Shown piece after piece: positions 1 through 13,821 of a DNA stretch of 64,000 nucleotides. The notes under the pieces were generated by a model, which made no database searches, was not told the origin of the DNA, and saw nothing but the letters and a program-made list of their open reading frames with translations. A program made the position numbers and the translations under genes. The stretch is taken from the NCBI GenBank assembly GCA_013239625.1, contig MU053588.1, positions 1,203,988 to 1,267,987 on the forward strand, read 5' to 3'. This DNA comes from Lama guanicoe. Taxonomy: Eukaryota. Position 1 is the first letter of the stretch. The number at the start of each line of letters is the position of its first letter.

Positions 1-270
1 AGCTGAGAGGCTGCGGTCCTGGGTTATCATAGGGCAGGCAACAAAAACCAGTGAAATCCCTGGGTAGAGACATGGGCAGCTACTACTCAGCTTCAGCTAA
101 TCGTGGCCAGAAGGGAATGAGGGCCTGGGACTTTATTTTCCAAAAATTTGGAAATCCCACGTTTTATGGGGCAATTAATTCAGCTTAAAAAAAAAAACCC
201 ACCGCAAACCTGCTGGCCATACAAAATGGGGCCTATTTGCCCCCTAGAGCTACCCATTTATGACCTCTGA
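1..270. mobile_element. Old hAT-Charlie DNA transposon fragment (MER102-like)
   Basis: ggcagctactactcagcttcagctaatcg... motif and hAT-like terminus ...tttatgacctctg; family from recalled consensus. Confidence 0.45.
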
Positions 271-1563
271 CCTTAGATATTTGCATGGTCTTGATCCTAT
301 GTCTTCTTCTCTTTTGGTTCCTTCTTTCCTCTTGACTGGATTGCTGCTGCTTAATCCTCTTACTGGGAAGGAGAAAACCCATTTTCTTTTGCTCCTTGGT
401 GACAGCTCTGATAAAAGGTGGTTGAAATGAATGGCAATAAAAGGGGCTGCCCTATCTGTGGTTTTCCATCCCCGGACTCTTCCATTCTTCCCATTACCGT
501 AGATAAAAGAGTTGGCTCCTCAAAATTCCTCTCACCATATATACATATTTAGGATCTGGCTCCATGTTTCTGTGAACAAAAATAGTGGAAAGTTTTTTTT
601 TCATTTGTTTTTGTTTTAGAAGGCCCCAAACAACTTTCATACAAAGGCAGCTGTTCTGCACACACAATAACCTGGTGAACAATGCCAACCTTCAAAATGA
701 ACTACCAGTTCAAATTTTGCACCCAAGGGGCAGTTGTATAGAAATACTTACTTGGGATTGATCAACTAAATTTGAATTCTGAGAGATATTGGCAGTCCAG
801 GTTTTGTGAAAGAGATCAATTCTAAGATCTGTGTAGACGGAAAAACCAGGACACAGCACTAATTACTGATGAGAGAGTTGATGGATTTCAGAAAAGTGGG
901 ATATACTTGGTGTGCAATAAATCTGTTGACTTTTGAAAAAAAAATTTGACACTTACCCCTGAAAAATCCATGCAATTTTTTTTTCTGTGCTCTAATTAAG
1001 TCCCCTGTTTACTGGATTAATGGCCCCACAGAAAAAGATTCTTATCAAACTTTTCATTTGGAGCTGTCTGTCAGGGAAAAGCCAGGAAACTCCCCATAAA
1101 GGCACTGCTCTCAACTTTAACTTTTTTGGGCTCTGTTGCCTCCTCACTGGTTTGAGTATTTCCTGGCTCGATTGTTTTCTCAAGCTGGCCTTGAATCCTT
1201 AGATGTTATTTGTGTGCCTAGAAATAGCTGGAGGAAAAATGGTTGTAATGCTTTGCATTGCTCACTGCCTCTCTGTGGATGGAAACTCTCTCTGCAAGGG
1301 AAAGGGCTTTCCACCCAGGAAGACAGCTGGGTGGAGGATTCTTTATTGCCCTGGCTGGCCTATCAAATTATTCCAGCAGGACTCTCACTGTGCCACAGTA
1401 TTTGGGATGAGAAAGTTTCCAGCGCGCCACAGATTGGTAGCTTACAGCTAGGTAGAGACCAGAGCAGTAGGAGTTCTCATAAGTGGGCTTCTCTGCCAGC
1501 AGTATGGGGCACATAAGGGAGTTTGTTACATGAGGGTGTGTTTTTTGATTTGTGCCCCCCCCC

Positions 1564-1685
1564 TTTTTTTGATGGGGAGAGTGATTAGGTTTACTTATTT
1601 ATTCTTAGAGGAGGTGCTGGGGATTGAACCCAGGACCTCATGCGTGCTAAGCATGCACTCTACTACTTGAGCTATACCCTCTGCC
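1564..1685 (-). mobile_element. tRNA-derived SINE, camelid Vic-1-like
   Basis: Reverse complement gggtatagctcaagtagtagag (A box)...gggttcaatccc (B box)...aataaataagtaaacctaatc + A tail; related to the copy at 14765. Confidence 0.85.
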
Positions 1686-1839
1686 TATGTCCTTTTTAGT
1701 TGAATTTGGAATGTATGGAGGGAGAAGGAAATGAATTATGGAGGGGAAGGGACAGGTAGAGCAACAGGCTGATAAGGGAGAGACACCCTCTCACCGGTTT
1801 TCAATAATTGATCCCAGCGTGATTGATGAAGAAGATGGT

Positions 1840-2330
1840 GTCATCCATCCATTCAGCATTCACTGAGCGTTTATCCAGTACATGCCATAAATAAGGTACT
1901 GGGTACAGAGATGTGAATGAAATAGTCCTTTCTGTTCTCTCAGAGCTTATAGCCCAGTGGGGAAGATAGGCACTAAACACCAGCATCAACAACAGGAAAC
2001 CCCCAAACATGTAGTGCTCCAAATTGTGATCATTTTATGAAGGAAAGGAGCAGAGCCCTTTAGAGGGCACAGTGGGGAACTTGCTGCAGATTGAGCAGCA
2101 GCCACTGGGGAGCCCTTTCTGGGGTGGCAACAGAGAAATGAGGCCGGGAAGGTAAGCAGGGGCCACCGTGGGAGAAGAGTGCCCCGGCAGGTGGACCTGA
2201 GAAGCATGGGGAAGAGAGAAATGGAATGAGACCAGGGCTGCTGGGGAGGGTGGTGTGTGAGGTGAGATCAGAAAGGTGACGGCAGCCAGAATGTGCCTCC
2301 GGTGAGGACCTTGGATTTTCTTCTGGATGA
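1840..2330 (-). mobile_element. LINE-2 3' fragment
   Basis: catccattcagcattcactgagc...; degenerate L2 3' end pattern. Confidence 0.6.
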
Positions 2331-2499
2331 ACGAGAAAGCATTGAGTCCACAGATACTTACTTCATGCCAGTCACTGTTTTAGGCTCTGGGTATATAGCT
2401 GTGAAACACAGAACCATCCCTGCCCTCATGGGGCTCCCAGTCAAGTGGAACACAGTGGAAGTATGTCCTTTTTTATTGCTGGTAAAGCGTTTAGCACTT

Positions 2500-2645
2500 T
2501 AAAATATATTCCTTAAGCGTATCATCACAGCAGCCTTGTATTTTTATCCCCACTTTACAGATGAAGAGACTGAGGTTCTGAGAGGTTATGTGACTTGCCC
2601 AAGGTCATTCAACCAATAAGTGACAGAGCCAAGAGTCAAACCTTC
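2500..2645 (-). mobile_element. MIR
   Basis: cccactttacagatgaagagactgagg...gtgacttgcccaaggtca core. Confidence 0.8.
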
Positions 2646-3579
2646 TCCTTTTAGGTTTTTTTCCCACGTCAGGGCTGAGTGATTGGTTCTCTCCTCTCTG
2701 ACATTATACCCCTGGTAGTAAGATTCATGGGCTCGTGGTGATCCTTGGACTTCAGGCATGCAATGACATCAAAGCACCTATCATTTAGGTCCTGCAGGGT
2801 GGGATATGGCAAGAGGATAGAGGTGGTGATAGCCCTGCTTCAGCAGCTGGAGTTGTGCCTTTCACCTTTACCGTGGCTTCTTAGATTGGAGACAGGCATT
2901 TGACTGACCAGTGTGTCTGTGGAGCCTGTCTAAATGGTGGTTTGGAGCTGGGGAGTCAACTTAGCGCTCTGGCCAAACCCCCCGGTTGCAGTCTGCCTAT
3001 ATATGGGCTGGCCTCAAAGAACAGGTGATGGCAGTAGGAGTTGTTTTCTGTGTGCTGGTGGGAGGTGCCCAGCTGCATTCCTTTGTAGACAAGCACAAAC
3101 TAGATATTTTTGAAATTGTAGGTCTGAAACCAGCCAAAGAATTAATCCTGGTCTGAAAAGCATATGATGAGAGTACAGCCACCCTGACTTGGGTGTCACT
3201 TTCTTAACTTTGTTGCTTTTTAATAAGCCTAGAATTCTCTCTCAAGAGGGAGGATCTTTGCGAACATCTCGAGCCACGTTCCTTCTAGCTGACAGTAGAG
3301 GCCTCCAGCCATCAAGGCTCAAGTCCATTTTGCTATCATGTGCACTTTGGCTGATGAGGTGCTGGGCAGAGGTTTCAGCCGCTACCCGAGGGTTTCGTGA
3401 TGAAAGGTCAGCTGGATGGGCCCAACTCTTCATCGCTCAATCAAGAGGCCACGTAACAGAGAGAGAATGGGGCCTGGAAGCAGGGTCTCCTGTGGTGCAC
3501 AGCCAGGCCGAGAAGAGTCCAAAGCTGGACCCACCTGTGCTTCCCAGCTCTCTCCTGCATTGGAGGCTCTAGACTCAGC

Positions 3580-3790
3580 TTCTTACAAACGCAGGCTGTG
3601 AAGCCAGACAGACCCACATGCTGGCCCTGGCCCTGTACTTCCTGCCCGAGGGACCTTGGACAAGGAAGCCTCAGTTTCCTCATCTACAAAAGGGGATCAG
3701 TAACATATTGATCTCAGGGTTGTCAGGATTCAGTAAGGTGCTGGTGTGGGGCATGCCTGGCATGTTGAAGAGATCAGTACCTGGTGGCTC
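3580..3790 (+). mobile_element. MIR
   Basis: gaccttggacaag...gcctcagtttcctcatctacaaaagggg. Confidence 0.7.
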
Positions 3791-4889
3791 TTTTAATTAT
3801 TACTCTGCCTGCTGTGTTGGGATGCAGTCTTTCTGAGGTCTCATCCTGTGGGATCTGGAGTCCCAATAGGGGTGATGGGTTGGGGGAGTGAGGGGACCAG
3901 GGAGCCTTTCTTCAACTAGGAAACTGCAGCCAAAGAACTAAAACAATAGAGCTGCCTTATGATGTCTAATTCAAAACCAGCTGCTCATTGAAGATTGACC
4001 CTGAGATCCAACAAGTTCAGCTGCTAGATATGGAAGCATCAAGCATTTAAGGGGGCCTGGAAGTAAGGTTCCTAGAAAGAGGCAACAATCTCTTACTCAT
4101 CCCCAGTTATCTCAGACCCAGGGCAGGGGTGGAGCCCCTGTGGTTTAGGGGCAGACCCTGGGTGAGAGAACGAAGCCAGGAGAAGCCGAGTGCTTTGTAC
4201 AGCAGTGTCCTGCAAGTAGGCCAGAGTGCGCCCCGCCGTGCCTCTCAGGAGGCCAGATGAGGTATTATGTGTCCTGCAGAACTCCACATGTGTCCTTCCC
4301 TCTGGGAAGCCTTCCACCAGGGCAGGGTCTCTGGGGCCGGATGTGGAAGGTAAACAGGCAGCCCTTCTGTTCTTTACTACAGACGAACCCGGAAAGGCTC
4401 GAGTTGTAACTTTTCATCTCAGGAAGCCTTGAGGTCCCACCGGCTTTCCTGAAGCAGCCTCACTGTCCCTTTGCAGGAGCATAACCAGTGTGGCCTCAGC
4501 ACTGATGCTGAAGCTTGAGCAACAGCCTCTGGCCCCCTCTGATTCATTCTCCACCTGGGAGCCAGGTAATATCCTGCTCGAACTCTTCATCAATATCCCT
4601 TGCCTTGGAATCTAATCTGGAAGCCCACTGGGCCCTGCGGGATCTGTTCTTTCCTCTCCAGCTTCATCTCTCTCCCCTGCCCAGTGAATCGGCGTACTCC
4701 AGGCTCCCCAGCTGCCTCTCTGCTCTATGCTCTTCCCTACCTGTGGAACCCTTGCCAAATGCCTACCCAGCTCTTCCTAATGCTGTAGATCTGTGTTTAT
4801 ACTCCACTGTTTGTCTGCAAGTCGTGCCTGACCCCTCCAGCCTAGGTGAGGTCCCTGTCTAAGGCGCACATCTGTCACCTCCACTTTTC

Positions 4890-5060
4890 CTTTTAACTCT
4901 AACCATCCTTTGCTCTCTCCACCCTGCCATGAGACTGTGAGGGCCATGAAAGTAGAGACGGAATCTCTTTTGACCATTGCTGGGTCCTTAGCATGTGGGA
5001 CAATGTCTGACAAATAAAGGTACTCTGATAAATATATATTTATGGAATGAATAGATAAAT
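4890..5060 (+). mobile_element. LINE-2 3' end
   Basis: gactgtgagggccatgaaagtagagac...ataaatatatatttatggaatgaat. Confidence 0.65.
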
Positions 5061-6799
5061 AGCCAATCAGGCAGGTAGAATGGACATGCCACTCATCTGT
5101 TCACCCACTGGTTTGAGTACCTTCCGTGGAACAGCATGGTGTTAGGGGTAAAGACTGACCACCCTCAGTCCCTCTGAGAAAGTAGGCATTGTCACTCTCC
5201 AGACCCAGGTCACCTCTGCAGGCCAGTTGAGTCCCGTCTAAAAGCTGGCTGTCCGCTAAGCTGTGCACTCTGGAAGGTCGTAAGACATCCTCCCTCAGGA
5301 CACTTCCGGACCCAGTGGGCCAGACAGCTGTCCTGGCAAAGTTCTGCATCAGTGCCCACCAGTTCCGAGACACAAACAGGATGCTTTTCAGGTGGGGAAA
5401 GGAGGAGGGGAGACATCACTCACCTGGAGAGTGGGGAAAACATTATTACGACAGAATTCATCCCATTTTGTGCACGTACTTACGAAGTTAGGTGTTCATG
5501 CGTTGTGTGCCGGGCACTGGTCTAGGCATCTGGGTCACAGCATAAAAGAAGTCCCCTGCCCTCAAAATGAGACATATGGCTAAATGCAGGGAGACCTTTT
5601 TAAATTTTTCCTTTTTTAAGTTTTCTCTTTTATACAGAAATTGCTACCTATAGGTCAAATTAGCTTAGTATAGTAAGAGACAATAAAGTGTTTTGTTTCT
5701 AGGGATAGCTACAAACATAGAAACACAGCCCTGTGGTTTAGTTGGCTGGCCACCTTCCTGAATCCCAGCTCACTGTCATGTCGTGCTCAGGGGCAGCCCA
5801 TTGGTCTCTGTGTCCCGAGCTGAGCCTGGAGATGTGCGGTACCAGGAAAAGAAGCAGTATGGGCTATCTTTGGTGGCCATTGTTATTTATGGGGCATTGG
5901 CAGAGAAGTCAGTGCTCTGGAAAATCTAGAAAAAGATAGAGGCTAAATGGTGTGGTTGAGCAGAATTTGATAGCTGCTTGACGCTCTCCAGGCCTTGGGG
6001 CCTAGAATGACATGGCTGCCCTGTCTCTGCTGTTGGGCCTGGCCTTGGGCTGCGTCCGCCACGCCCCCCCCCCATCTCCTTCACCATAGGTGTGAGCGAT
6101 GCTGGGGAACCAGCCACTGTGTTTTCCAAGTCCAGGCCCTTGGGACCTTCTCTCTGTTCGGAAGACAAAACCTGAGACTGTTTCTCCGTTAAAATGCAAC
6201 TTTGTTCTGCTGGAGAGGAGAAAAGCAAGAAAGAGATGGCTTGTTTGTGTGACGATAGTAAGGTGTACTCTGATATGCCTTTGAAAAGGACCCATTTGTC
6301 CAGCAGCCTTTGCTGGGTAATGAGAGGAGGGGAACACGGGGAACTTCGTGGGAATCTGAAGCTGGGAATGGGGGTGGGGTGGGGGAGAAGCTCAGCTTTT
6401 ACTGCGGAGCAATCCAGTCTGTCTCTGTCTTGTAGGAAAGCAGTGGTGCTGGACGGTCTACCAGCTGGGTTCTATCCTGGGGGAAAAAATGTACTTGGAT
6501 ATTGGCCTTAGTGCTTTTTAAACATGTGTAAGCCTCTGCTCACTGATTCCATCTCACTTCCCGAAAACTTCTCAGCCTCGACAGCTCTCCCCTGGGCCTG
6601 CCCTCTCAAGGATCTCTGGAGACTGGCTAATTACCACCCCTGAGGGTGTGTGCGCAGCACCGTGTAATCAGCATGTGCTTGGCACCTCGTAAGTGCCAGG
6701 CGCTGTATTAGGTGCTGAGGATGCAGGCGTTGGCCCCTGCCCTCTCTTCTCAACCTCTCTGCAATGCACGATTCTTTGAAAAAAACCACCCCCCATGCA

Positions 6800-7020
6800 C
6801 ACACTTACGAACATACACAAAAGTAGAGAGAATCCTTGTGTACCCGTCACCCAGCATCAACAGTTACCAACATTTTGCCAAGCTTGTTTATCAGCTTCTC
6901 CCAACACCCTGTCCTCTCAGACTATTTTAAAGACGGCCCCAGACATCACCCATAGATGCTTCCATGTGTTTCTCTAGTAGATATGAATATGTGTGTTTTT
7001 GATAGAAACCACACACCATC
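6800..7020 (-). mobile_element. Old L1 (L1MC/ME-type) 3' UTR fragment
   Basis: acatacacaaaagtagagagaat...gtacccgtcacccagc...aacattttgcca pattern. Confidence 0.5.
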
Positions 7021-7279
7021 ATACTGGATGCTTCTGAGCGTGTCTTAAGAAAAGAAAGAGTCCTCCCCTTTGCCTTCCTTGACATCACCTTCTCTCTGCT
7101 TCTCTACCTTCTCATCCTGTCTGTGAGTCCTTTCCCTCTCCCCACCTCTGAAATGTGGGCAACTCACCATGTCCTTTTCCCAGGAGGATTTTACCTCCCC
7201 ACCTTCTTCCAGCCTTAAGTCCCACGCCAGTGCGAACAATTCCCAGGTCTCTAGTCCTGACTTCCCTCTCACACTCTGG

Positions 7280-8070
7280 AGCAGTTGTCTACTGGCATGT
7301 CTCTCTGTCTCCTGTTAGACTCGAGATCTTTCATGGAGAAACTCTGTCTTATTCCAGCACCAGGCCTGACCATAGGGGAAGCTCAGGAAATGTTTGAATG
7401 AGTGACTGAGCGAATGCATGTGGGAAAAAATGACCTCTTTGCTGAGTTTTAGACGTAAGATTCTGCACACCGACTGATTGTACAGCACCTACTTCACTCT
7501 TGGTGTGTCCCAAGCTAAACTCATTCCCGAGCCTCTCTCCCTAGGTTCTGTGTACCCAGGTTTAACATTATCACATCAAGTCAGAAACATTGGAATCATC
7601 TTCTGGCTTCTCACCATGTCATGGGCACCAAATTTTTACTTATCTCTTTCTCTCAAATATCTCTCAGAATCCTTCCCCTCCTCCTTTCCTTTGCCACTGC
7701 TGTTGTCCTAACTCAGGACCAGGTGGTGAGTGCTTAGAAGTATAGATTCTGAGGTCAGGCTACCTGGGTGTGAACTGCAGTGTGGCCACTTGCTACCTTG
7801 AGCTGTGTAACTTTGGGGAAATGCCTTAACCACTCTGTGAAGATAACACCTGTCTCCAAGGCTTGTGGCGAGACTTCAGTGGGTTAATACTGTGTGCCCT
7901 TTGCACCATGCTCGGTGCGCAGGAAGTGCTCTGATGTTGGCTTCCATCATCATCATCCCTGTTACACCATGTCCAGGTTTCCCGCAGCAGCCTCCTAACT
8001 GGCTTCACTCCAGTCTCCTACTTCACCTCAGTGGCTCCATGAATGTTATCTTTCTGAGACTTGTATCTAA
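7280..8070 (+). mobile_element. L2 fragments with nested MIR (about 7720-7940)
   Basis: L2 tail ctcaggaaatgtttgaatgagtga; MIR gctgtgtaactttgggg...ttaacc; L2 body cagcctcctaactggc. Confidence 0.55.
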
Positions 8071-9559
8071 CCAGGTCACTCTGAGGAAACTTTTGTTACC
8101 CAGAGAACAAGTTCTGAGTTCCTGGGCCTCTCTACCTTCTGACCCCAGTTGACACCATCTCCTGCCACTTCCCTTTAGGGGTTCCCCAAACATCTCTTGC
8201 ATGTTTGTGGGGTTTTTGCTGTTGATGTTCCCGCTATATGGAGTGACCTTCTTCCCAGGTCACCACCTATCAGAATAGTGCTCCTCTTTCACAGCCAGAT
8301 CAGGTGTCGCCTGACCTCTGCTGTCCTCGGATCACACTGTCCTACAGTAACTGGCTTACCGGTGTCCCTCTCTACCCAGGCCCTGCGCTCCTGCAGGATG
8401 GAATGTCAGGTTCTATACATCTCCCCAGACCCTGGGTTGTGATTCTCTTTACTTGTCTTAAATCTCAGTTCCTCCAGGAGATGGGAAGCTACCTGAAGGC
8501 CAGTTTCACCTTAGTAGATGTTTAGTTAAGTAAACTGAGGATTTCTTATTCTTTCCGCCTCTAGTTCTTCCTTTTTTCCTCTTTGTTTTCTCATCCAAGA
8601 GGACAGGATGCTGTGGAAGCTGGAAATTTGTGGTAAGGGGAGCAGCTGCCCGCTCTGGCTGCTCTGGTGTGAATTCAGGCTGCCTTTCTCAGGTTCCGTC
8701 TAGGGGCTCCAGGCCAGATGCTGGGGGGACTTTGGGATATAGGCCTTCTTATCTTCCCTTTGTTTGTTGCCCCACCTTACAGAAGGGAGCAGGCCTCAGC
8801 CATCTCAGACTGGAACGGCAGCACATGTGGTGTCTGCCTTCCTCCAGCCGCCTGCCACCCACCGAGCAGAGAGGATCAAAGGCTTTAGCAGGGGAGGAGA
8901 CTGCCGGGGTTTCACGTCAGTGGAACCAGAGACTCCTCTCTCCCCTTCCATAGCTTGGCCTGGCAGAACCCCGTCCTCCCCTCCATCTGGCAGGATGTAG
9001 GGGCTACCGTGGAAGGGGCTACAACCATTTGGAATAGATTTTGCATGGAGGATTTAAGATTTAAACCAGTGCTATTTTTCAGTGGCACAACTGTTTTTCA
9101 AGTTGAATCTCACATGGATATGCCGTATTATAAAACAAATCAAATAGTTGTTGAGGTTAAATTTGAGTAGGGAGCAGCACCCCTGACCCCTGGCACCCCT
9201 CAAGGCAGAGATCTTTTAGGAATACTGTTTGAAAGTCACTCCTTGGTATCACTTCCACTTCTCTGCCAAAAGACGCATTCCGCTGTCCCTTTGTGAAGTT
9301 CATTGCGGTTCACCCTCGGGCCTGTTTCTAAAGATGGCTAGGGGTGAAGCGGTCAGTCCTGGGTCTGCATGTTGGATGCAGCTCCCTACTATGTGGAATA
9401 ATGGTCCCCTCCTGGTTCTGTAGCAGAAGAGGCTTTGACAAAGGGCAGCATGTCCTAGCAGCTCTGCCTTCAGAGTTCTCTCCATCTTCACTGCGGTAAG
9501 CCTGCCATCCCCATGGCCACCAAAACCTAGTCATGCTACTACACCCCATGACACCCTGC

Positions 9560-10015
9560 TACGGCTTCCTGCTGCTCTCAGAATAAGGCTTTATGTGAAC
9601 CTCTCCGCTTAGGCCATGCCCACCAGGCCCCTTCTGCCTGAGGTCTCTCCTCCTAGAATGATCTCCCTCCTACTGTCAGCTGATTGGCTCTTTCTGCTGG
9701 TTCAGACTCAGACAGAGAGATTTTCACAGAGAGATCTTCCTTGACTGGCTGAACTTGATTCCCTCCCCGGCTGTCCCCCTCCTCCAGTTACTGTCTTTCA
9801 GGTTACCCTGTCTTACTGCACCACCACCATCTTATTGTCTTTTTTATGTAATGTCTCCTCCACTAGAATGTAAAACTTCATGAGGGCAGGGATGTTCGTT
9901 TAACCTCAGTGCTCAGAGTAGTTGGTGGTATGTGGTAGATGCCCAATACATTTTATTGATTGATTGATTGATTGATTGATTTTCAATACATTTTAAATTG
10001 AAATGAGTGAATGAA
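9560..10015 (+). mobile_element. LINE-2 3' end with expanded (ATTG)n at about 9955-9981
   Basis: ccactagaatgtaaaacttcatgagggcaggg...gcccaataca...(attg)n...aatgagtgaatgaa. Confidence 0.7.
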
Positions 10016-10479
10016 GTTTGGGAGAGGCTCAGAGCAGTGAGTCTCCCGCTTCTGGGGGCTGGGGCTGCCGGGGAGGAGGGATCTGAACCCAGCATTTTGG
10101 ACCCACTCTGGGATGACTTTCTGGAATCCTGAGGCCTAAGCGGGGTCTTTGGTTCTCATGCAGTGTCGGGGCACTCAGACCTAACGGTTTTGTCCCCTAA
10201 GCCTCCAGCCCAGCGCCTACCTCTCCTTGTTTGGGCTCCTCTGGGAGAAAGCAGGTGGTCAGGGCTCTCTGAACCCAGGACTTGCTGTTCTGCTCCAGCC
10301 TGAAATTGATTTCCTCCAGGCTCTGCCTTGAGCCAGGCCCTGTGAACAGAGGAAAGGGTCAAAGCCAGGCCTTCCCTGCCACGTGTCGTGTCGGGAAGAG
10401 AGTGATATAGCCACTCGGCCTGGGAGTCACCAACCTTTCCCTCTCCTTCTCTAAAAAGCACACAGAGACAGTTGGGCTG

Positions 10480-11570
10480 CACCTTTGTTTTATGAGTCAC
10501 CGGTGATAGCCCGTCATAAATTGTTTTTTCCTATACTATCAGAGCAACTTTATCGGGCGTCTCCTGTGCAGTCTGGGAACGGATTTGACACAGGGTCAGT
10601 TAACACGCTGCGGAGTTGAAATCTGTCATTGTGCCCATATAAGGCAAACTCCTCTGGTTACTTTTTACCTTGGCAGAACCACAGGAACGTCAAGGTAACC
10701 AGGCCACCTCAGCATAGCTCTGATTCTTGCTGGGTCACCTGACTCGCCCGCCCTCTCCCATGACTCACCCTCAGCTCTGGGCTAGGCCTGCCTCACTGGT
10801 GGCGCTGGTGGCCCTGGAGGAGGTTGGAATTTGCCAAGGGTCTCCAGGACTGTTTGGTTTTGTGTCTTCCTTAAAGTAGGTCAAAAGAGAGAAACTCCGT
10901 GAGGCGCCTTCCATGGGGCCTGACAAAGGGAGAACCAGAAAACCAGAAAAGCAACCTTGGCCAGACTTGAGGTTGGGTAGGAGACAATGCGGGCACCAGC
11001 TCTGACACCTTCCAGCTGTGTGGCCACGAGCAGATCGCTTATCTGTAAAACAGCACTTAGAACAAGTCCTGGTACGAAGTAAGTGCTCAATAAATGTGAG
11101 TCATTTGTACAATTATGTCACGATATGCCCCACCCAATTGTAAAAACACCTCTGCTCTTTTCCTTTGAGGCGCCGCCCCGTAGTAGCTTTAATAGGGCAG
11201 ATTAAGCTGGTTCTTGGAGTCCCTCCCTGGAAAACTGAACCCACAGCTTCACAATGGCACCCCGTCCCCTCCCTCCTCCCTCCTCCCTCCACACCCACAC
11301 ACATACAGAGCAAGCCACTCCTCTGTTGTTACATGGCCCGGAGTCAGCTCTGCCTGAGAGTGAGAGCGGCAGGGGCCCCTGTCTCCTCTGACGTCACACT
11401 GCTCCTGGAGACAGCTGCTCCTTATGACTGCTGTGTGGTTTAGCCAGGCCTTAGTACCAGCCCCAGGAAGGCCTGTAGGTTGGGCGAGCCAGGGTGAGAG
11501 TCTAGTCCTGTCACTCTGCCAGGGCAAACGGTTTCACCATTTTTAATAGAACAATTATGAGTCAAAGGTT
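10480..11570. promoter_or_regulatory. Candidate intronic enhancer (CArG + four AP-1 + CRE)
   Basis: CCATATAAGG 10635-10644; TGA(G/C)TCA at 10493, 10761, 11097, 11558; TGACGTCA 11389-11396. Motif evidence only. Confidence 0.5.
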
Positions 11571-13654
11571 TCAGGCTCTCTTTGCTGGTTCCTCCCAATC
11601 CTATAATTACCCTTTGGCTATAGAACCTTATTTTGGTTTTTCCTTTTTTAAATCTTCCTAAGACACTGTTAAAATTGTCCATCTCATGTGTCCAAGGGGT
11701 CTAAGATGGAGTGATTATGGTAGAGAAAAAAAAGAGAGGCTCCAAATCCGGAGTGATTTCTTAACCCACAGAAGTGGTGCCCCCCTCCCAGCACCCCCCC
11801 AGGCACCACCCTAGTACCATGCCAGGAAGTAGAGCCAGCGCCAGCTTACACAAGGTTAAGTGGATAGCCTCTGAACACCTCCAGTTGCCTCTTGGCAAAC
11901 TGCAAACTCCAAGCCTGGAACTTCTGATCTGAGGCATCTCCCAGATTGATGGATTCACTCACTCCCTCGTCCAGTACGTGCTGAGCCTCAGCAGAAGGCA
12001 CAGGCTGATGGGCACCCAGCACCTCTGCGGGCCCCCTGCCAGTGCTGGTCCACTCAGAGATGAGGGGACTTGATTATGCAGATAAACACCCAGTATTCTT
12101 TCAGCCTCCAAACTCACCGTACTCTTCAAGGGGATCGTCTTTTGCTCAGGCTCAGAGTGGGCAGCCAGTGGGACAGAGTACACACGAAACAAGTGTGCGT
12201 CTGTGAGGGCTGGCCTGGGCTCCATCCCCCCAACCCCGTGTGTCAAGAGTAGATTTCCTTGTTGCCCACCCCCACACACCCCTCCCTACTTTTCACTGAA
12301 GTAGGAGAAGGCCTCTGACCTGACCCGGCTGACTGATGAATCAGAACGTATCAAAACAGGAAAAAGGAAAAGGATCACTGAGGAGGAGTCTCAGTTGTCA
12401 AAGGCGACACCCGCTCTGCTGTTAGAGATCTCTCCGGGGCCTGGCACGGTTGTCCTGCTGCCAGCAAGGCCTAGTTTGCGGACCACGTAAATTGCAGCAG
12501 AAAACAAGCTGTCTGATAGGAGGCAAACAGAGGGGGAAACGGGAGTGTTTGTGCTGCCTTCAGATGCCCCTGGCCTGTGGCACTTTTTTCACCTCTCAGT
12601 TCTTTTGGGGAGTTCCGGGGGTGGGCCACAGTGGCTCAGGGCAGAAGTAGCACTTTCCCAACGGACACTCGAGTCCCATCAGTGCCCCCTCTGACCTTTT
12701 CTTCCCAAATGCCAAACACCTGTTCTCTGGAACCAGTCCATGGGCGGATTTGTCCGGGCTAAAATATTCATTCTAAAGACTGGTCCTCTTAGGCACCTGT
12801 TACGAGTCCAAGCCTCACAGTCTCAAGGCCACAGTTGGCTTACTAGGCTATCTTTTTGAAGGATCAAAGTTTAAACCAGATGATCTTTAATCTCCCCTCC
12901 CAATCCCGAAACCTGAGCTCTAAGCCATTGAAAATAAATGGGGTTTTTGTAGCTCAGGCTCTCTGTTCTCCAGGTGAAGGGCCCCCTGTGCCTGATTGTT
13001 TCACAGCAAAATGCCAGATGGGGCCATAGGAGATGGAGAGCAGAGCCCCAGCCTCGGCTGCTGCCCTAATTTAAAAATGGCCTTTTGGGAGTGGAAGTTT
13101 TCTCTTAAAGGTAGCTATTTCAAGGTAGACCTTACCCATCTCCTCTTCCTGCTTACAAGGAAGTGGAGTACTGCCTCCTGCCTCTTCCCTGTGGGCCCCA
13201 CCTGCCTGTGGTTCTGACCCTTATCTCAGCATGGATTCTGTGTAGGGGGAGGACCCAGTTATTTGGAATGTAATCTGAGTAGCTTTGGGTGTGGTTTTTT
13301 TTGGTTTTCCATGTGTGAGATGGTTCTGGAAAGGTCTGTTTGAGAACAGAGGAGAGCTCAGACTGGGACACCTTTTTACCCTGGACTGCCTATACCCTGC
13401 TTCTCTGTTTCATTTAGTTCCAAGGGTCTTGTCCAGTCTAACAAATGCAGTGGCAAGGGCTTCCTGATTCTACCTAGGCCTCAGTTCCCTCATTTTTAGA
13501 ATTTTTGGCCTCTACTGAGGCTCAGCGCGTCCTGGATGAGGGAGTGAGTGAATCCATCAATCTGGGAGGTGCCTCAGACCAGAAGTTCCAGGCTTGGAGT
13601 TTGCAGTTTGTCAAGAGGCAACTGGAGGTGTTCAGAGGCTATCCACTTAGATTT

Positions 13655-13800
13655 GAGTGGTGGTTCTCAACCCTGGCTTTATGTTAGACTCACCTGCCGA
13701 GCTTTGTGAAATATTGTTATTCAGGACCACCTCCAGGGAATCTGATTCATTTGTCCTGGGGTGGTGAAGTTCAGGCATATTTGAGAAGCTCTCCAGTCCC
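13655..13800 (+). mobile_element. MER5A-like hAT element fragment
   Basis: gtggttctcaaccctggc...gaatctgattcatttgtcctgggg...agctctccag. Confidence 0.65.
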
Positions 13801-13821
13801 ATACATTTGTTGTCTTCCCTC

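Noticed and set aside
1610..1685. tRNA-like sequence with A and B boxes (also 14765-14835)
   Set aside because: Both continue into a shared AT-rich SINE body and tail and have degenerate stems, so they are SINE heads and not tRNA genes.
2996..3006. CCTATATATGG as a CArG box
   Set aside because: Seven A/T bases between CC and GG, so it does not fit CC(A/T)6GG.
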